From NCBI GenBank assembly GCA_041689615.1, contig JBDNFW010000033.1:258520-322519 (forward strand): a DNA stretch of 64,000 nt, read 5' to 3'. Made by a program: the position numbers and the translations under genes. The notes under the pieces are model-generated. The model made no database searches. It saw only the letters and a list, made by a program, of their open reading frames with translations, and was not told where the DNA came from. The DNA is from Gammaproteobacteria bacterium (GTDB taxonomy: Bacteria > Pseudomonadota > Gammaproteobacteria > Eutrophobiales > Eutrophobiaceae). This document shows positions 29,514 to 40,005 of this stretch, one piece after another. Every line of letters begins with the position of its first letter. The stretch's first letter is position 1.

Positions 29514-30976
29514 ATCATATTACCTGCCAGCAGTTGAACCAGTTGTAATGGAACTTCAGGAAATAAAAATAATAATACTGTCATTATTGCTGTAAATGTT
29601 AAGGCAAAAACAATAGCTAATGGTGCTTCACTGTAACTAAGTTCTTTGCCATCAACTGGTTTTTTAAAAAATGCAGCATAAATTATTGGCAAAAAATATC
29701 CTGCGTTTAATAAGGTACTGATGACAATAACTGTTATTGCAAAATAGGACTCAACTTCGAATGCGCCCTGTAGAATATACCATTTACTTAAAAAACCTGC
29801 TGTAGGCGGGACACCTATCATCGATAAACTGGCAATAGCAAAAGCACCCATCGTCCAGGGCATTGCTTTTCCTATACCATTAAGTTCACTCACAGCAGTT
29901 TTTTTCGTTGCCGTATAGATTGATCCGGCGGCAAAGAACAAAGTAATTTTACCAAACGCATGAGCAAGAATATGAAGTGCTGCACCCATTATAGATATCG
30001 GTGCCAGTAATGCCGTTGCTAATATGACATAAGATAATTGACTAATGGTTGAATAAGCCAAGCGACGTTTTAGATTGTCCGCTTGTAAGGCAATAATCGA
30101 AGCAACAATAATAGTCATGCCAGCTAGATAAAGCAGAACATTCACTTCAATCATTTCGGCCAATAAAGCAGGACTAAATATATAAGTCACAATCTTAACA
30201 ATACTAAAGACACCCGCTTTCACGACCGCAACCGCATGCAATAAAGCACTTACCGGGGTGGGAGCCACCATTGCCGCCGGTAACCAACGGTGCATAGGCA
30301 TTAATGCCGCTTTACCTATTCCGTAAGCAAACAACATTAATAAAATTAATATCACACAATGCCCAATATCATTATTCAAAATACCACCGTTGGTAAATTC
30401 GGTCGTGCCAGCCAACACATTCGTCCAGATAATAGCTGGCAGAAAAAAACAGATTGATGTTGAAAGAAGAACGCCTAAATAAACGCGGCCAGCACGCATC
30501 GCATCTTCACTACCTTTATGCGTTACCAGTGGATAAGTTGACAGCGTTAACGCTTCATAAAAAACAAATAATGTAATTAAGTTTGCCGAGAATGCAATCC
30601 CTATCGTGCTGGCAATGGCTATAGCAAAACAAATATAAAAGCGAGTTTGATGCTTTTCCTTATTACCACGCATATAACCGATAGAATAAATTGAGTTTAT
30701 TAACCATAAAAATGAAGCGATACAGGCGAACAACATGCCTAATGGTTCAATCTTGAAATGAATTGCAAGACCAGGCAAAAACTCTAATAAATGTAATTGT
30801 GGTTGTTCACCATTCAATACTTTTTGCAATAATGCATAAACGACGAAGATTAAACAAACAGAGCTAATTAATGTAACTGCTTCTCTGAGATTAATACTAT
30901 TATGAGTAGCCACAATAAAAACCGTCGCTATAACAGGAATACATAAAGCCAGTGTGATTAATAATTGATCGCTCAT
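29510..30976 (-). CDS. MnhD/NuoM-family antiporter-like subunit
   Basis: 488 aa. WLPAAMVAPTPVSALLHAVAVVKAG is an MrpD/NuoM hallmark. Confidence 0.7.
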   Translation of the reverse strand: MSDQLLITLALCIPVIATVFIVATHNSINLREAVTLISSVCLIFVVYALLQKVLNGEQPQLHLLEFLPGLAIHFKIEPLGMLFACIASFLWLINSIYSIGYMRGNKEKHQTRFYICFAIAIASTIGIAFSANLITLFVFYEALTLSTYPLVTHKGSEDAMRAGRVYLGVLLSTSICFFLPAIIWTNVLAGTTEFTNGGILNNDIGHCVILILLMLFAYGIGKAALMPMHRWLPAAMVAPTPVSALLHAVAVVKAGVFSIVKIVTYIFSPALLAEMIEVNVLLYLAGMTIIVASIIALQADNLKRRLAYSTISQLSYVILATALLAPISIMGAALHILAHAFGKITLFFAAGSIYTATKKTAVSELNGIGKAMPWTMGAFAIASLSMIGVPPTAGFLSKWYILQGAFEVESYFAITVIVISTLLNAGYFLPIIYAAFFKKPVDGKELSYSEAPLAIVFALTFTAIMTVLLFLFPEVPLQLVQLLAGNMI

Positions 30977-30978
30977 GA

Positions 30979-32463
30979 TTATTTAGTAAATAAATCTTTA
31001 GCGATGGCATTAGCCATATCAACATTAAAAGAAGAATCAAGTCCAAAATAAATATTGGCAACAACAAATAGAGATAATGCAAAAAATAATAAGTATGGCG
31101 TTTTCTGATCTTTATCTAATACGATAATTTCTTTTTCAGATGTTTTAAAATAAGCAACCTCAACAAACTTCCAGATATACATAATGGCTAACACAGATGA
31201 AAAAACAATAACTATCACGAGACCCCAGTAACCCGCTTCAAATGATGCTTTAATCAAGTACCATTTACTAACAAAACCAGCTGTCATGGGTACGCCGATC
31301 AAACTTAATCCGGAAATGAGAAAAGAAAGCATCAGTAAAGGCATTTTTTTAGCCAAACCTGCAAGCTGAGAAATTGAATCCGTCTTGCTATAAAAGATGA
31401 TTGTGACTACCGATAAAAACAGGGTTACTTTAATAATGGCATGATTAAAAATATGAATCAGGCCAGCAGCAAGTCCTGCTTCGGTTGCCAATGAAATACC
31501 TAATAACATATAGCCCAATTGCGCAATACTGGAATAAGCTAATAAACGTTTCAAACTATCTTGTTTAATTGCCAAATAAGAGCCATATAAAATTCCAGCA
31601 CAGGCTAATATCATTAATAAATAATTCAATGTCTCCTGAAAAAAGACATAGTCATGGCCAAATGTTGAATAAATAAATCTTATAAGAACATAGATAAAAA
31701 CTTTGGTCGTCGTGCCTGCAAGAAAAGTAGAGACTATTGACGGCGAATAGCTATAAGCATCGGGCAACCATAAATGCAGAGGAAAAATAGCAGCTTTTAT
31801 TCCAATACCTATGACAAAAAATACCAACGCTATCGTTAATGTCTTCGTATTTTCAACATCTGGCAAACGTTGAAATATATCCGCCATATTTAATGTGCCG
31901 GTAACAACATAAAGTAACCCAACAGCGATCAAAATAAAACTGGCGCCAATCGTTCCATAGATAAGATATTTAAAAGCAGCATATAAACAACGCTTATCTT
32001 TGCCAATACTAATCATAGCGTAAGATGATAGTGAAGCTATTTCTATAAAGACAAATAAATTAAACGCATCACCAGTCATAATGACGCCCAATAAACCGGT
32101 CAAATTTAACAAGAACGCCGTGTAAAATAAATAAAGACGATCAGATGAAATTTCATTCGCAATACTCGCTTTTGCACCGAGCAAAACAATTGCGGCGACA
32201 CCATTAACAATGAGCAACATAAATACCGTCAGCTTATCTAGCCGATATTCAATCCCCCAGGGACTAAGCCAACCACCAAGCGCATATGAAATAACACCTT
32301 CAGTTAAAACTTGGTCAAATAAAATGCAAGAGATAACAAAGGATAAGACACTAACCAGTGCTGTTAACAACCAACTTAATGTACCTTGACGTAAAATGAC
32401 ACATAAGGGTGCAGCTATTAAAGGTACAATTACTTGTAATACAGGCAAATGAGAACTAATCAC
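30979..32463 (-). CDS. MnhD/NuoM-family antiporter-like subunit (GTG start)
   Basis: 494 aa. WLPDAYSYSPSIVSTFLAGTTTKV is an MrpD/NuoM hallmark. Confidence 0.7.
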   Translation of the reverse strand: MISSHLPVLQVIVPLIAAPLCVILRQGTLSWLLTALVSVLSFVISCILFDQVLTEGVISYALGGWLSPWGIEYRLDKLTVFMLLIVNGVAAIVLLGAKASIANEISSDRLYLFYTAFLLNLTGLLGVIMTGDAFNLFVFIEIASLSSYAMISIGKDKRCLYAAFKYLIYGTIGASFILIAVGLLYVVTGTLNMADIFQRLPDVENTKTLTIALVFFVIGIGIKAAIFPLHLWLPDAYSYSPSIVSTFLAGTTTKVFIYVLIRFIYSTFGHDYVFFQETLNYLLMILACAGILYGSYLAIKQDSLKRLLAYSSIAQLGYMLLGISLATEAGLAAGLIHIFNHAIIKVTLFLSVVTIIFYSKTDSISQLAGLAKKMPLLMLSFLISGLSLIGVPMTAGFVSKWYLIKASFEAGYWGLVIVIVFSSVLAIMYIWKFVEVAYFKTSEKEIIVLDKDQKTPYLLFFALSLFVVANIYFGLDSSFNVDMANAIAKDLFTK

Positions 32464-32479
32464 CCAGGACTCCTCTGAA

Positions 32480-32592
32480 AATGTCTTTTATTCGCGATAG
32501 CGGCGTCAGCACTGTGCTCGAATCCTCATGTATTACATATACACTGCGGTTCTGTGCGCAGTGCTTCCTTACTCTCACAAAAAAATCCTATC
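32480..32592. repeat. intercistronic repeat element copy B (mnhC/mnhD spacer), flanked by 14-bp inverted repeats AGGACTCCTCTGAA (32466-32479) and TTCAGAGGAGTCCT (32593-32606)
   Basis: Core cgcgatagcggcgtcagcactgtgctcgaat.ctcatgtat...ccttactc.cacaaaaaaa is shared with copies A and C. It lacks the 18-bp acTCacaGAgtacgatgt hairpin segment. Confidence 0.6.
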
Positions 32593-32952
32593 TTCAGAGG
32601 AGTCCTTAAACTCCTGTTGTATTTCATCATCTTCAACTGAACCAAAGGCATGATAAAGCCGAATAACGATGGCGAGCCCTAATGCGGTCGTTGATATGCC
32701 CACGACAATCGCAGTCAGAATTAACACATGTGGTAAGGGACTCGAATAAAGCGTATTTGATTCATTTAGAATCGGGGCTGTACCACCCGTAATTTTTCCC
32801 ATTGAGATAAATAGAATAAAAATGGATGTTTGAAAGATATTGATGCCTATTAATTTCTTTACCAGATTCTTATGCGCAATAACAATATACAGCCCTATCA
32901 TCATTAATATGACGACGACCCAGTAATTAAACGCCCCCAGAATATCCATCAA
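32575..32952 (-). CDS. MnhC/NuoK-like small antiporter subunit
   Basis: 125 aa, 3 TM, NuoK/MrpC-like profile. Confidence 0.6.
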   Translation of the reverse strand: MMDILGAFNYWVVVILMMIGLYIVIAHKNLVKKLIGINIFQTSIFILFISMGKITGGTAPILNESNTLYSSPLPHVLILTAIVVGISTTALGLAIVIRLYHAFGSVEDDEIQQEFKDSSEDRIFL

Positions 32953-33036
32953 AGTTAAAACCTGTTTTATTTTTTATTTAACTGAAAAAGCTCGTAGTAA
33001 AAAGAGCTTAATTTTAGAGGATATTATATAGAAAAA

Positions 33037-33062
33037 AACCGGACGCGTCGGCATCCGGTTTT
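33037..33062 (-). terminator. bidirectional rho-independent terminator (stem aaccgga/tccggtt flanked by A7 and T4)
   Basis: Hairpin about 45 nt downstream of the NhaD-like stop. It separates that gene from the mnhC-D cluster. Confidence 0.55.
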
Positions 33063-33106
33063 CATTATTAAATACTTATAAGAATTATGTTGCCATGGCT
33101 AATAAC

Positions 33107-34558
33107 TTAGCCATTAACAAGAAAATGCACCCAAATGCTTGCCGCATAACCCAGGGCAATGGCCCAGGTCCACTTAAGATGACCAAAAAAAGTATAGATC
33201 CCTCTAGCCTGTCCCATTACAGCGACGCCTGCAGCCGATCCAACAGACAACATAGACCCACCTGTACCTGCAGTTAAAGTCACTAACAACCATTGCGTCG
33301 TATCCATATCAGGTAACATAGTCAATACAGCAAACATTACCGGGATATTGTCAATAATCGCAGAGAGGATTCCAACCAGCACGTTCGCTGTCGTTGGCCC
33401 TAAATCGACATACATAAATTCTGATAATGCAGCGAGATATCCCATCGTCCCCAAGCCACCAACACAGAGAATAACACCATAGAAAAACATTAATGTGTCC
33501 CACTCTGCTCGAGCTAATTTTTTGAAGATATTAAACTCTTCTTCCTGCTTTCCTTCATTATTATTATCGCCAAATGATTCTACACCCAACGCACCGGCAC
33601 CATTGTCGACAACAGTTACTTTATTTTGACGTTTGATTTTCATTTTTAGAAAATAGCCAAATATTTTAAGAAACGCTAAACCGGTCATCATGCCTAGTAC
33701 TGGAGGCATATGAAGGAAATTGTGTGCGCATACGGCCATAATAATTGTCACAATAAATAATATGACAACAACGACAGCACCATCTTTTAACTCCACTTTC
33801 TCATCAATTGCATCGGGTTTCTCACTCGATACAAAACATGACATGATTGCCGCAGGTATTAGCCAGTTAACTAATGAAGGAACAAACAAAACAAAGAACT
33901 GTTGAAAATCAAGAATTCCTTTTTGCCATACCATTAATGTGGTGATATCTCCAAACGGACTAAATGCGCCACCTGCATTTGCAGCAACAACGATATTGAT
34001 ACACGCTATTGAAACAAACTTAATGTTCGTTCCGCCTACTGCCATAACCACAGTCGACATTAATAACGCCGTTGTCAGGTTATCGGCTATGGGCGATAAA
34101 ACAAATGAGATAGCACCGGTAATCCAGAAAATCGTGCGTAATGAAAAACCTTGCGACACAAGCCATGAACGTAATTTGTCAAAAACATTACGATCTTCCA
34201 TGGTATTGATATAGGTCATTGCAGCGAGTAAAAATAAAAATAACTCGCTAAACTCAAGCAAATTATGTCTTACCATGATTTCAGCCGTATGCTGATCACC
34301 ATGTTGCCCATAGACAATGGCAACTATCATCCAGATGATACCGGCAGCAAGCATTACCGGCTTGGATTTACGCATATGAATTTGTTCTTCTACAATAACC
34401 AGGCTATACGCCAAACAGAAAACAATGACGCATATTATGCCGCCCCAATGAGCAGTGAAATCCTGCAAATGTGCTTCTCCAGAAGCAAAAACAGACATTG
34501 GCAAGAGCAATAAAACTGATAGCACATATATAAAGAATTGCTTTCCACGTATTTGCAT
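33107..34558 (-). CDS. NhaD/ArsB-superfamily ion transporter (likely NhaD-type Na+/H+ antiporter)
   Basis: 483 aa polytopic protein with signal-like N-terminus and SPFGDITTLMVWQ motif. Confidence 0.5.
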   Translation of the reverse strand: MQIRGKQFFIYVLSVLLLLPMSVFASGEAHLQDFTAHWGGIICVIVFCLAYSLVIVEEQIHMRKSKPVMLAAGIIWMIVAIVYGQHGDQHTAEIMVRHNLLEFSELFLFLLAAMTYINTMEDRNVFDKLRSWLVSQGFSLRTIFWITGAISFVLSPIADNLTTALLMSTVVMAVGGTNIKFVSIACINIVVAANAGGAFSPFGDITTLMVWQKGILDFQQFFVLFVPSLVNWLIPAAIMSCFVSSEKPDAIDEKVELKDGAVVVVILFIVTIIMAVCAHNFLHMPPVLGMMTGLAFLKIFGYFLKMKIKRQNKVTVVDNGAGALGVESFGDNNNEGKQEEEFNIFKKLARAEWDTLMFFYGVILCVGGLGTMGYLAALSEFMYVDLGPTTANVLVGILSAIIDNIPVMFAVLTMLPDMDTTQWLLVTLTAGTGGSMLSVGSAAGVAVMGQARGIYTFFGHLKWTWAIALGYAASIWVHFLVNG

Positions 34559-34643
34559 CGACTTACTCCCGTCCTAAATATCCTTTAAATTATCTAATAA
34601 ACCTACCAATCGGCAATTGTTGTTCGATACTATGCAGCAAAAA

Positions 34644-36407
34644 TCAAGCCACATTTGCCACACGTTCAAGCTGCCATTCATATTCAACATTCAATGTACG
34701 GCCACCATCACTGTATTCACATTTTCGACATAAATCATATAGTAGAGCGATTCCCCTGCCACTTTTCATTGTGTTTTTTGAAAGTTCAGCCATAACCTGA
34801 GTATGATCGAAACCTATGCCATTATCTTTCATCGTAAAAGAAACAATGCCTTTTTCGTTTTCAACATAGTGATTAATTTCAATCAAAATATTTCCATCAG
34901 TCAATGAATTAAGCTTCGTCTGACGTAAATCATAATATTTAACAAAGCCATTTTCTTCTTCTTTAATAGATGAATCTAAATTTAAAATACCATGCTCTAC
35001 CGCATTTGAGTACATTTCGGTCAAGATTAAAAATATTTTTTCACGGTGACCACCAAAACCTTGCATCTCTACTATCGCCTGAATTAGACCGGGTATAGGA
35101 TTTGTTTTGCTAATAACATCCGTTTTTAAATCAAATTTAACATGCCAATCCATTGGCTTTATTTCATTAGTATGAATTTTATTTTTTCCACGCTTTTTAA
35201 TGAGTTTTTTATCACAATTAATTTCCAGCAATAAAACATCATCTGTTACGGAGGCATTGTTGCTAAATTTTTTAGTCTGATTAACAATAGCATCAACCCT
35301 CTGTTCTAAAGTGCAACTGGACCTAATTGCTTTCAGCAAACCTTCCTCACCAAACATCTCACCCCTTGCATTAAAAACTTCAATTAGCCCATCAGTATAA
35401 GCATAGATACGATCATTTTCTTCAAGGTTGACACTAATAGGAACAACATCTTTTTTATCAAACAATATTATACCTAAAGGCATGTGCATGGAATTCAAGG
35501 TTGTTTTTAATGCCCCATTAGAATTAATGACTAGTACATTAGGCATTCCGGCAATCCATAATTTCATTGATTTATAATCAAAATTGAATTCAATGATAGT
35601 TGCAGCAAGAAAACGGTCCGTAGGCAATAAGAAAAAAATCTTTTTGTTAATTGCTTCTATGATAACCTGGATATCAAAACCTTTGTTGACCATAGAATAA
35701 AATGTTTCACAGGTAATAATTGAACCTATCGCAGCAGGCAAACCATGGCCAGTATTGTCACCAATTAATACAACATGATTTCCGGAAGGTGTTTCTGCTG
35801 AACAGACAATATCACCGCTTAATATATTTTGCGCAACATAAGACCATTCAATATTTCCTGAATTATGAAAACGTGGTTTATGTATATTATAAATAATACT
35901 TTTTGCATCATACAAATCTTTTAATTGCTCATCGCTATGGCTTGCTAAGACTTTTTTTTCATCATACATATCATCATGTATTTTTTTTATACGCAGCAAA
36001 GAGTTTATTTTTGCGTTCAGCAAACCCTCTCTTATTGGTTTTACAAAAAAATCATCTCCGCCAGAGTCAAAACATCTCCCTAAAAATTCATCATCACTTG
36101 CTCCGGTAACGAATACGATTGGTATATATTTATCTGTCGACAACCTTTTCAGTATTCTTGTTAAATCATAACCACTAATATCAGGCAAATTTAAATGCAT
36201 GAAAACAATATCTGGTTTATATTCATTAAATTTATGAATTGCTGCATCACCATTCGGAGCAATGCAAACATCAAAATTATTATTAATGAGCAACCTGCTC
36301 AAAATAATTTGATCCATTCTTGATTCGCCAACAATAAGCGCTTTTACAGAATTATTATCTTCAGAATTAGTTGTATGCTGTACTATTGCAAAAGGGTTTG
36401 TGACCAT
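34644..36407 (-). CDS. three-domain partner-switching regulator: REC (apparently degenerate) - PP2C/SpoIIE phosphatase - RsbW-like HATPase serine kinase
   Basis: 587 aa. REC fold from residue ~20. PP2C metal-binding motif IGDNTGHGLPAA. Kinase N-box LTEMYSNAVEHG and G-box DNGIGFD. Confidence 0.8.
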   Translation of the reverse strand: MVTNPFAIVQHTTNSEDNNSVKALIVGESRMDQIILSRLLINNNFDVCIAPNGDAAIHKFNEYKPDIVFMHLNLPDISGYDLTRILKRLSTDKYIPIVFVTGASDDEFLGRCFDSGGDDFFVKPIREGLLNAKINSLLRIKKIHDDMYDEKKVLASHSDEQLKDLYDAKSIIYNIHKPRFHNSGNIEWSYVAQNILSGDIVCSAETPSGNHVVLIGDNTGHGLPAAIGSIITCETFYSMVNKGFDIQVIIEAINKKIFFLLPTDRFLAATIIEFNFDYKSMKLWIAGMPNVLVINSNGALKTTLNSMHMPLGIILFDKKDVVPISVNLEENDRIYAYTDGLIEVFNARGEMFGEEGLLKAIRSSCTLEQRVDAIVNQTKKFSNNASVTDDVLLLEINCDKKLIKKRGKNKIHTNEIKPMDWHVKFDLKTDVISKTNPIPGLIQAIVEMQGFGGHREKIFLILTEMYSNAVEHGILNLDSSIKEEENGFVKYYDLRQTKLNSLTDGNILIEINHYVENEKGIVSFTMKDNGIGFDHTQVMAELSKNTMKSGRGIALLYDLCRKCEYSDGGRTLNVEYEWQLERVANVA

Positions 36408-36410
36408 GAA

Positions 36411-36710
36411 TCAGGTCACAGTGAACAATTTATCAAAATGTGCGATCTGTATTATTTGCATAACGTTTTTGCTGGCATTTTTTATACTGATTTTGCCATT
36501 GTTTTTATCAGTATATTCCTTAAGCTGTAATAACATTCCAAGTGCAGAACTATCCATATACTGCGTTTTATTCATATCTAACACGAGTGATTTAGCGGAG
36601 GCTTCTTCATAAGCTTGTCTAAACTCTTTATGTAATTGAAAATCAAATTTTTCAGGCAAAGAAATTGTTATTTCATTACCATCGCTAGATTTATTTTTTA
36701 GTAGTCTCAT
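36411..36710 (-). CDS. STAS-domain anti-sigma-factor antagonist (RsbV/SpoIIAA/SypA-like)
   Basis: 99 aa. DSSALGMLL serine-containing STAS motif. Confidence 0.75.
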   Translation of the reverse strand: MRLLKNKSSDGNEITISLPEKFDFQLHKEFRQAYEEASAKSLVLDMNKTQYMDSSALGMLLQLKEYTDKNNGKISIKNASKNVMQIIQIAHFDKLFTVT

Positions 36711-36731
36711 AGTTATTTACCTGGTTTATTA

Positions 36732-37991
36732 TTAAAATAAGTCAATTTCACCTTCAGCCATCGAATTTTGAACTGCAGGTCTTTTATTAGGAAGACTGGT
36801 CAATTCTTCAGCGATTTGATTAATTCTTGATTGCACGTCATTAATCATCTGTTCTGCACGAACGGCATCTTCACATTCTTCTATTTCACACACACCTTCA
36901 GTAAATTTTTGCATAAACTCTGAAAGCACGTTTATTTTTTCGTCGGCATGAATAACAACTTGCCTGACAATATCTTCAAACTGAAGGTTCCTGATAGCGA
37001 CACTTGTTTTGTCTGATATCTCTGTATTAATAACGCCTGCCTGCTCGATTGACTCATCAATAAACGTTTCGAGTAGAGAGAGTGACCCCATCATCGTATC
37101 CACACTCTTTGTGCTTAACATAACCTGTGTCACATCCTCACTAGCAGTATCACCTACCATTTTACTGGCTGTCTGTAGTTTTGATTGAGCTGATGTAACA
37201 CAGCTTTTAATTTCATTATTTAAAATGTTCGACGTTATTGAAAGATTTCTAACTTCATCAGCAACGACAGCAAAACCACGACCTGCTTCTCCAGCTCTTG
37301 CAGCTTCAATAGCGGCATTAAGTGCTAATAAATTTGTTTGATCAGCAATTTGTTTAACTTCATCCAGAAATTTAAATATGGTTGCCATCTCAGTAGATAA
37401 ATCATCTATTGATAAAACAACGTCCATGCTGTGTTTACTGTTCTGGATCATTGTATTAACAAATTCCTCAAGAATTCCTGATGTTTTAGATATAAAACTA
37501 CCGATACTAACTATCTCTTCTTCAAGCTCTTTCTCACCTTCCGAATGTTTTTTTCCCACCACATGTAATCGGCCTGAAAGTTTACTAATCAACTCACCTT
37601 GTGATGACACATCACCACTAATCCCGTAAAAACTTTCATTCAAGTTCATTACTGAATTTGAAATAAGATCCCTGACTTGCCCAAGTTCAGTTTTAATTGA
37701 AGTCATGGACTCACCAATGATGTCATTGACTTTTCCTATCAAATTATGAACGGAGTCTTTTGTTTCTTTTTTATTCGAGCTATTGCCGGAACCCACAGCA
37801 ACATCACCGATTTGACCCTGTATTTGTTTTTCACGACGCATCACCGTCGATACCCAGGAAACAAGAATAAAAATAGAAATCAGCGACTCATGACTCGTAT
37901 TATCAACTATAGAAAAATAGACCAAAGCACCCCCACTCACTAAAAGAGGAAATATATAATTCTTAAGAGATTTGCTACTCTTAATGATCAT
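36732..37991 (-). CDS. methyl-accepting chemotaxis protein, membrane-anchored, without a periplasmic sensor domain
   Basis: 419 aa. Two N-terminal TM helices. Highly conserved MCP tip [32 protein letters not shown]. Confidence 0.85.
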   Translation of the reverse strand: MIIKSSKSLKNYIFPLLVSGGALVYFSIVDNTSHESLISIFILVSWVSTVMRREKQIQGQIGDVAVGSGNSSNKKETKDSVHNLIGKVNDIIGESMTSIKTELGQVRDLISNSVMNLNESFYGISGDVSSQGELISKLSGRLHVVGKKHSEGEKELEEEIVSIGSFISKTSGILEEFVNTMIQNSKHSMDVVLSIDDLSTEMATIFKFLDEVKQIADQTNLLALNAAIEAARAGEAGRGFAVVADEVRNLSITSNILNNEIKSCVTSAQSKLQTASKMVGDTASEDVTQVMLSTKSVDTMMGSLSLLETFIDESIEQAGVINTEISDKTSVAIRNLQFEDIVRQVVIHADEKINVLSEFMQKFTEGVCEIEECEDAVRAEQMINDVQSRINQIAEELTSLPNKRPAVQNSMAEGEIDLF

Positions 37992-38188
37992 TAAAAAGCT
38001 CCATTACATTACATTACATTGTCGTTCCATAAAATAATATCGACACAACTCATTAAAACTTTAAGGAACTTCGACGTTATTTATACTTTTTATAGTCCGC
38101 CATCACTTATCTTATAATGGTTATTTCACAAACAAACTAAATTTCTATCTTATTGATAAAAATAGATTTATTAGCTATTAATCAGAAA

Positions 38189-39298
38189 TTAAGCCGCCAT
38201 GGAAGCGCTTAAAGAAACCAGTCTGTCAACAATCTTATTAAGCGGTAATATGATATCTACAGCGTCGCGTTTTACAGCTTCACCCGGCATTCCCCAAACA
38301 ACACTGCTACGCTCATCCTGAGCAATAGTCACTGCGCCTGCTTGTTTCATTTCCAGCATACCTTCGGCACCATCGTCACCCATACCCGTTAAAATAACAC
38401 CCATGGCATTTTGCCCAAGTTGATTAGCAACAGAGCGAAACAAAACATTAACCGAAGGCCTATGCCGATTAACAGTCGGACCATCGTTTAAACGACAAAT
38501 ATAACGAGCACCGCTTTTTTCAACTAACAAGTGTCTGTTTCCAGGTGCAATATAAGCATGTCCTGCTAGTATCTGTTGTCCATCTGTCGCTTCACAAACT
38601 TTCATTGCCGATAAGCTATCCATTCTCAGAGCAAAGCTAGTGCTAAATTTTTCTGGAATATGCTGTGTAATAACAATACCCGGAGAAGTTGCAGGCATGT
38701 CTTCAAGAAGTTCCCTGATAGCTTCAGTGCCACCGGTAGATGCACCGATAGCAATGATTGAATCTGTTAATTTATAGTTTCGTTTTTTATTATTAAGCTG
38801 CAATACCACATCAGCATTATTCTTTCTGGTAACTTCATGCTTTTTAACCCCCTTATTACTCTTCTTCCGTTTTTCAGAACTTGATTTAACTTGTGCTACC
38901 GATGCAACTTTAACTTTTTCGATTAACTCTGTTGCATAGTCCTGTATAGAGTTACCAAAATTTATTTTTGGCTTAGCTATAAAATCGACGGCGCCCAATT
39001 CCAATGCATCCAGCGTTATCTCTGCTCCCGCTTCAGTTAATGTTGAAACCATTACCACTGGCATCGGTCGTAAACGCATCAAATTAGCAAGAAAGGTAAT
39101 ACCGTCCATATTAGGCATTTCCACATCCAACGTTAATACATCCGGCTTTAACTGCTTAATCTTATCTCTTGCCATTATTGGATCAGCCGCAGTACCAACA
39201 ACGTCTATTCCCTTGTCTGAATTGAGGATCTCAGTCAACATTTTTCTAACCAGTGCTGAGTCATCGATTATTAATACTTTAATTTTTTCAATTGACAT
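38189..39298 (-). CDS. cheB: chemotaxis methylesterase CheB (REC + methylesterase)
   Basis: 369 aa. REC motifs DDSALVRKML and DVEMPNMDG. C-terminal CheB_methylest domain. Confidence 0.9.
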   Translation of the reverse strand: MSIEKIKVLIIDDSALVRKMLTEILNSDKGIDVVGTAADPIMARDKIKQLKPDVLTLDVEMPNMDGITFLANLMRLRPMPVVMVSTLTEAGAEITLDALELGAVDFIAKPKINFGNSIQDYATELIEKVKVASVAQVKSSSEKRKKSNKGVKKHEVTRKNNADVVLQLNNKKRNYKLTDSIIAIGASTGGTEAIRELLEDMPATSPGIVITQHIPEKFSTSFALRMDSLSAMKVCEATDGQQILAGHAYIAPGNRHLLVEKSGARYICRLNDGPTVNRHRPSVNVLFRSVANQLGQNAMGVILTGMGDDGAEGMLEMKQAGAVTIAQDERSSVVWGMPGEAVKRDAVDIILPLNKIVDRLVSLSASMAA

Positions 39299-39318
39299 GT
39301 TTACCTACATTGAGTTTA

Positions 39319-39987
39319 TTAAAATAATTCTACATCACCTTCAATCTTGTCTTCTTCTAAATGTTTCTTATAGTCTTGCTCACGCATGACCACAGTATCA
39401 TTATTCATGGATCGTAATTTTTTAACCTGAAGTTTTCCTGTTTTTGGAAAATAACGCACTTTGCGTGGACAAACATCACCGACATCCTCACTCGCAATAT
39501 CGTAACCTTCCATTTCCAAATATTTTTTTATGAATGAAATGTTCTTACCACCAATATCATTCATTTTTGCCATGATCCTGCCTCCGCCAGTAATCTTAAT
39601 TTCAAAATTATTTTTCCTGCCACCATTTTTTAATAAGTCGTTAACAAGATGTTCCATCGCATCTGAACCATAACGTGCTGCTTTATCTATTTTGTTATAT
39701 TTCCAGCTGTCATCACCTTTCATATTATTCTCCGGCAACATAAAATGGTTCATACCACCGATACCCAATTTAGCATCACGAATACAAACTGAAATACAAG
39801 AACCCAATACGGTCGCAATTATTTCATTTGAACTTGTAACATAGAATTCACCAGGAAGAATTTTGACCATCTCCATATTCATCTGTCGACACCAAAAACG
39901 GTTTATGTTTTCAAAACCCGGTAAGACTTGATTAGATTGATTATTTATTGAATGTATTCCATTCGTTTTTGAAGAAGATTTATTCAT
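39319..39987 (-). CDS. cheD: chemoreceptor glutamine deamidase CheD
   Basis: 222 aa. LGSCISVCIRD...GGMNHFMLP matches the CheD catalytic Cys/His region. Confidence 0.75.
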   Translation of the reverse strand: MNKSSSKTNGIHSINNQSNQVLPGFENINRFWCRQMNMEMVKILPGEFYVTSSNEIIATVLGSCISVCIRDAKLGIGGMNHFMLPENNMKGDDSWKYNKIDKAARYGSDAMEHLVNDLLKNGGRKNNFEIKITGGGRIMAKMNDIGGKNISFIKKYLEMEGYDIASEDVGDVCPRKVRYFPKTGKLQVKKLRSMNNDTVVMREQDYKKHLEEDKIEGDVELF

Positions 39988-40005
39988 AAATAATATCTCT
40001 TTAAA

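Noticed and set aside
27623-32952. Interpretation of the MnhD/NuoK-like genes as a second complex I membrane arm
   Set aside because: There are no hydrophilic Nuo subunits or NuoH/A/J equivalents here. A complete nuo operon is present at 53171-64000. The Mrp-like antiporter-module reading fits better.
37992-38188. cattacatta x3 micro-repeat in the MCP/cheB spacer as a possible regulatory repeat
   Set aside because: It is only three short units in an AT-rich spacer, not distinguishable from chance, and has no matching motif elsewhere in the window.
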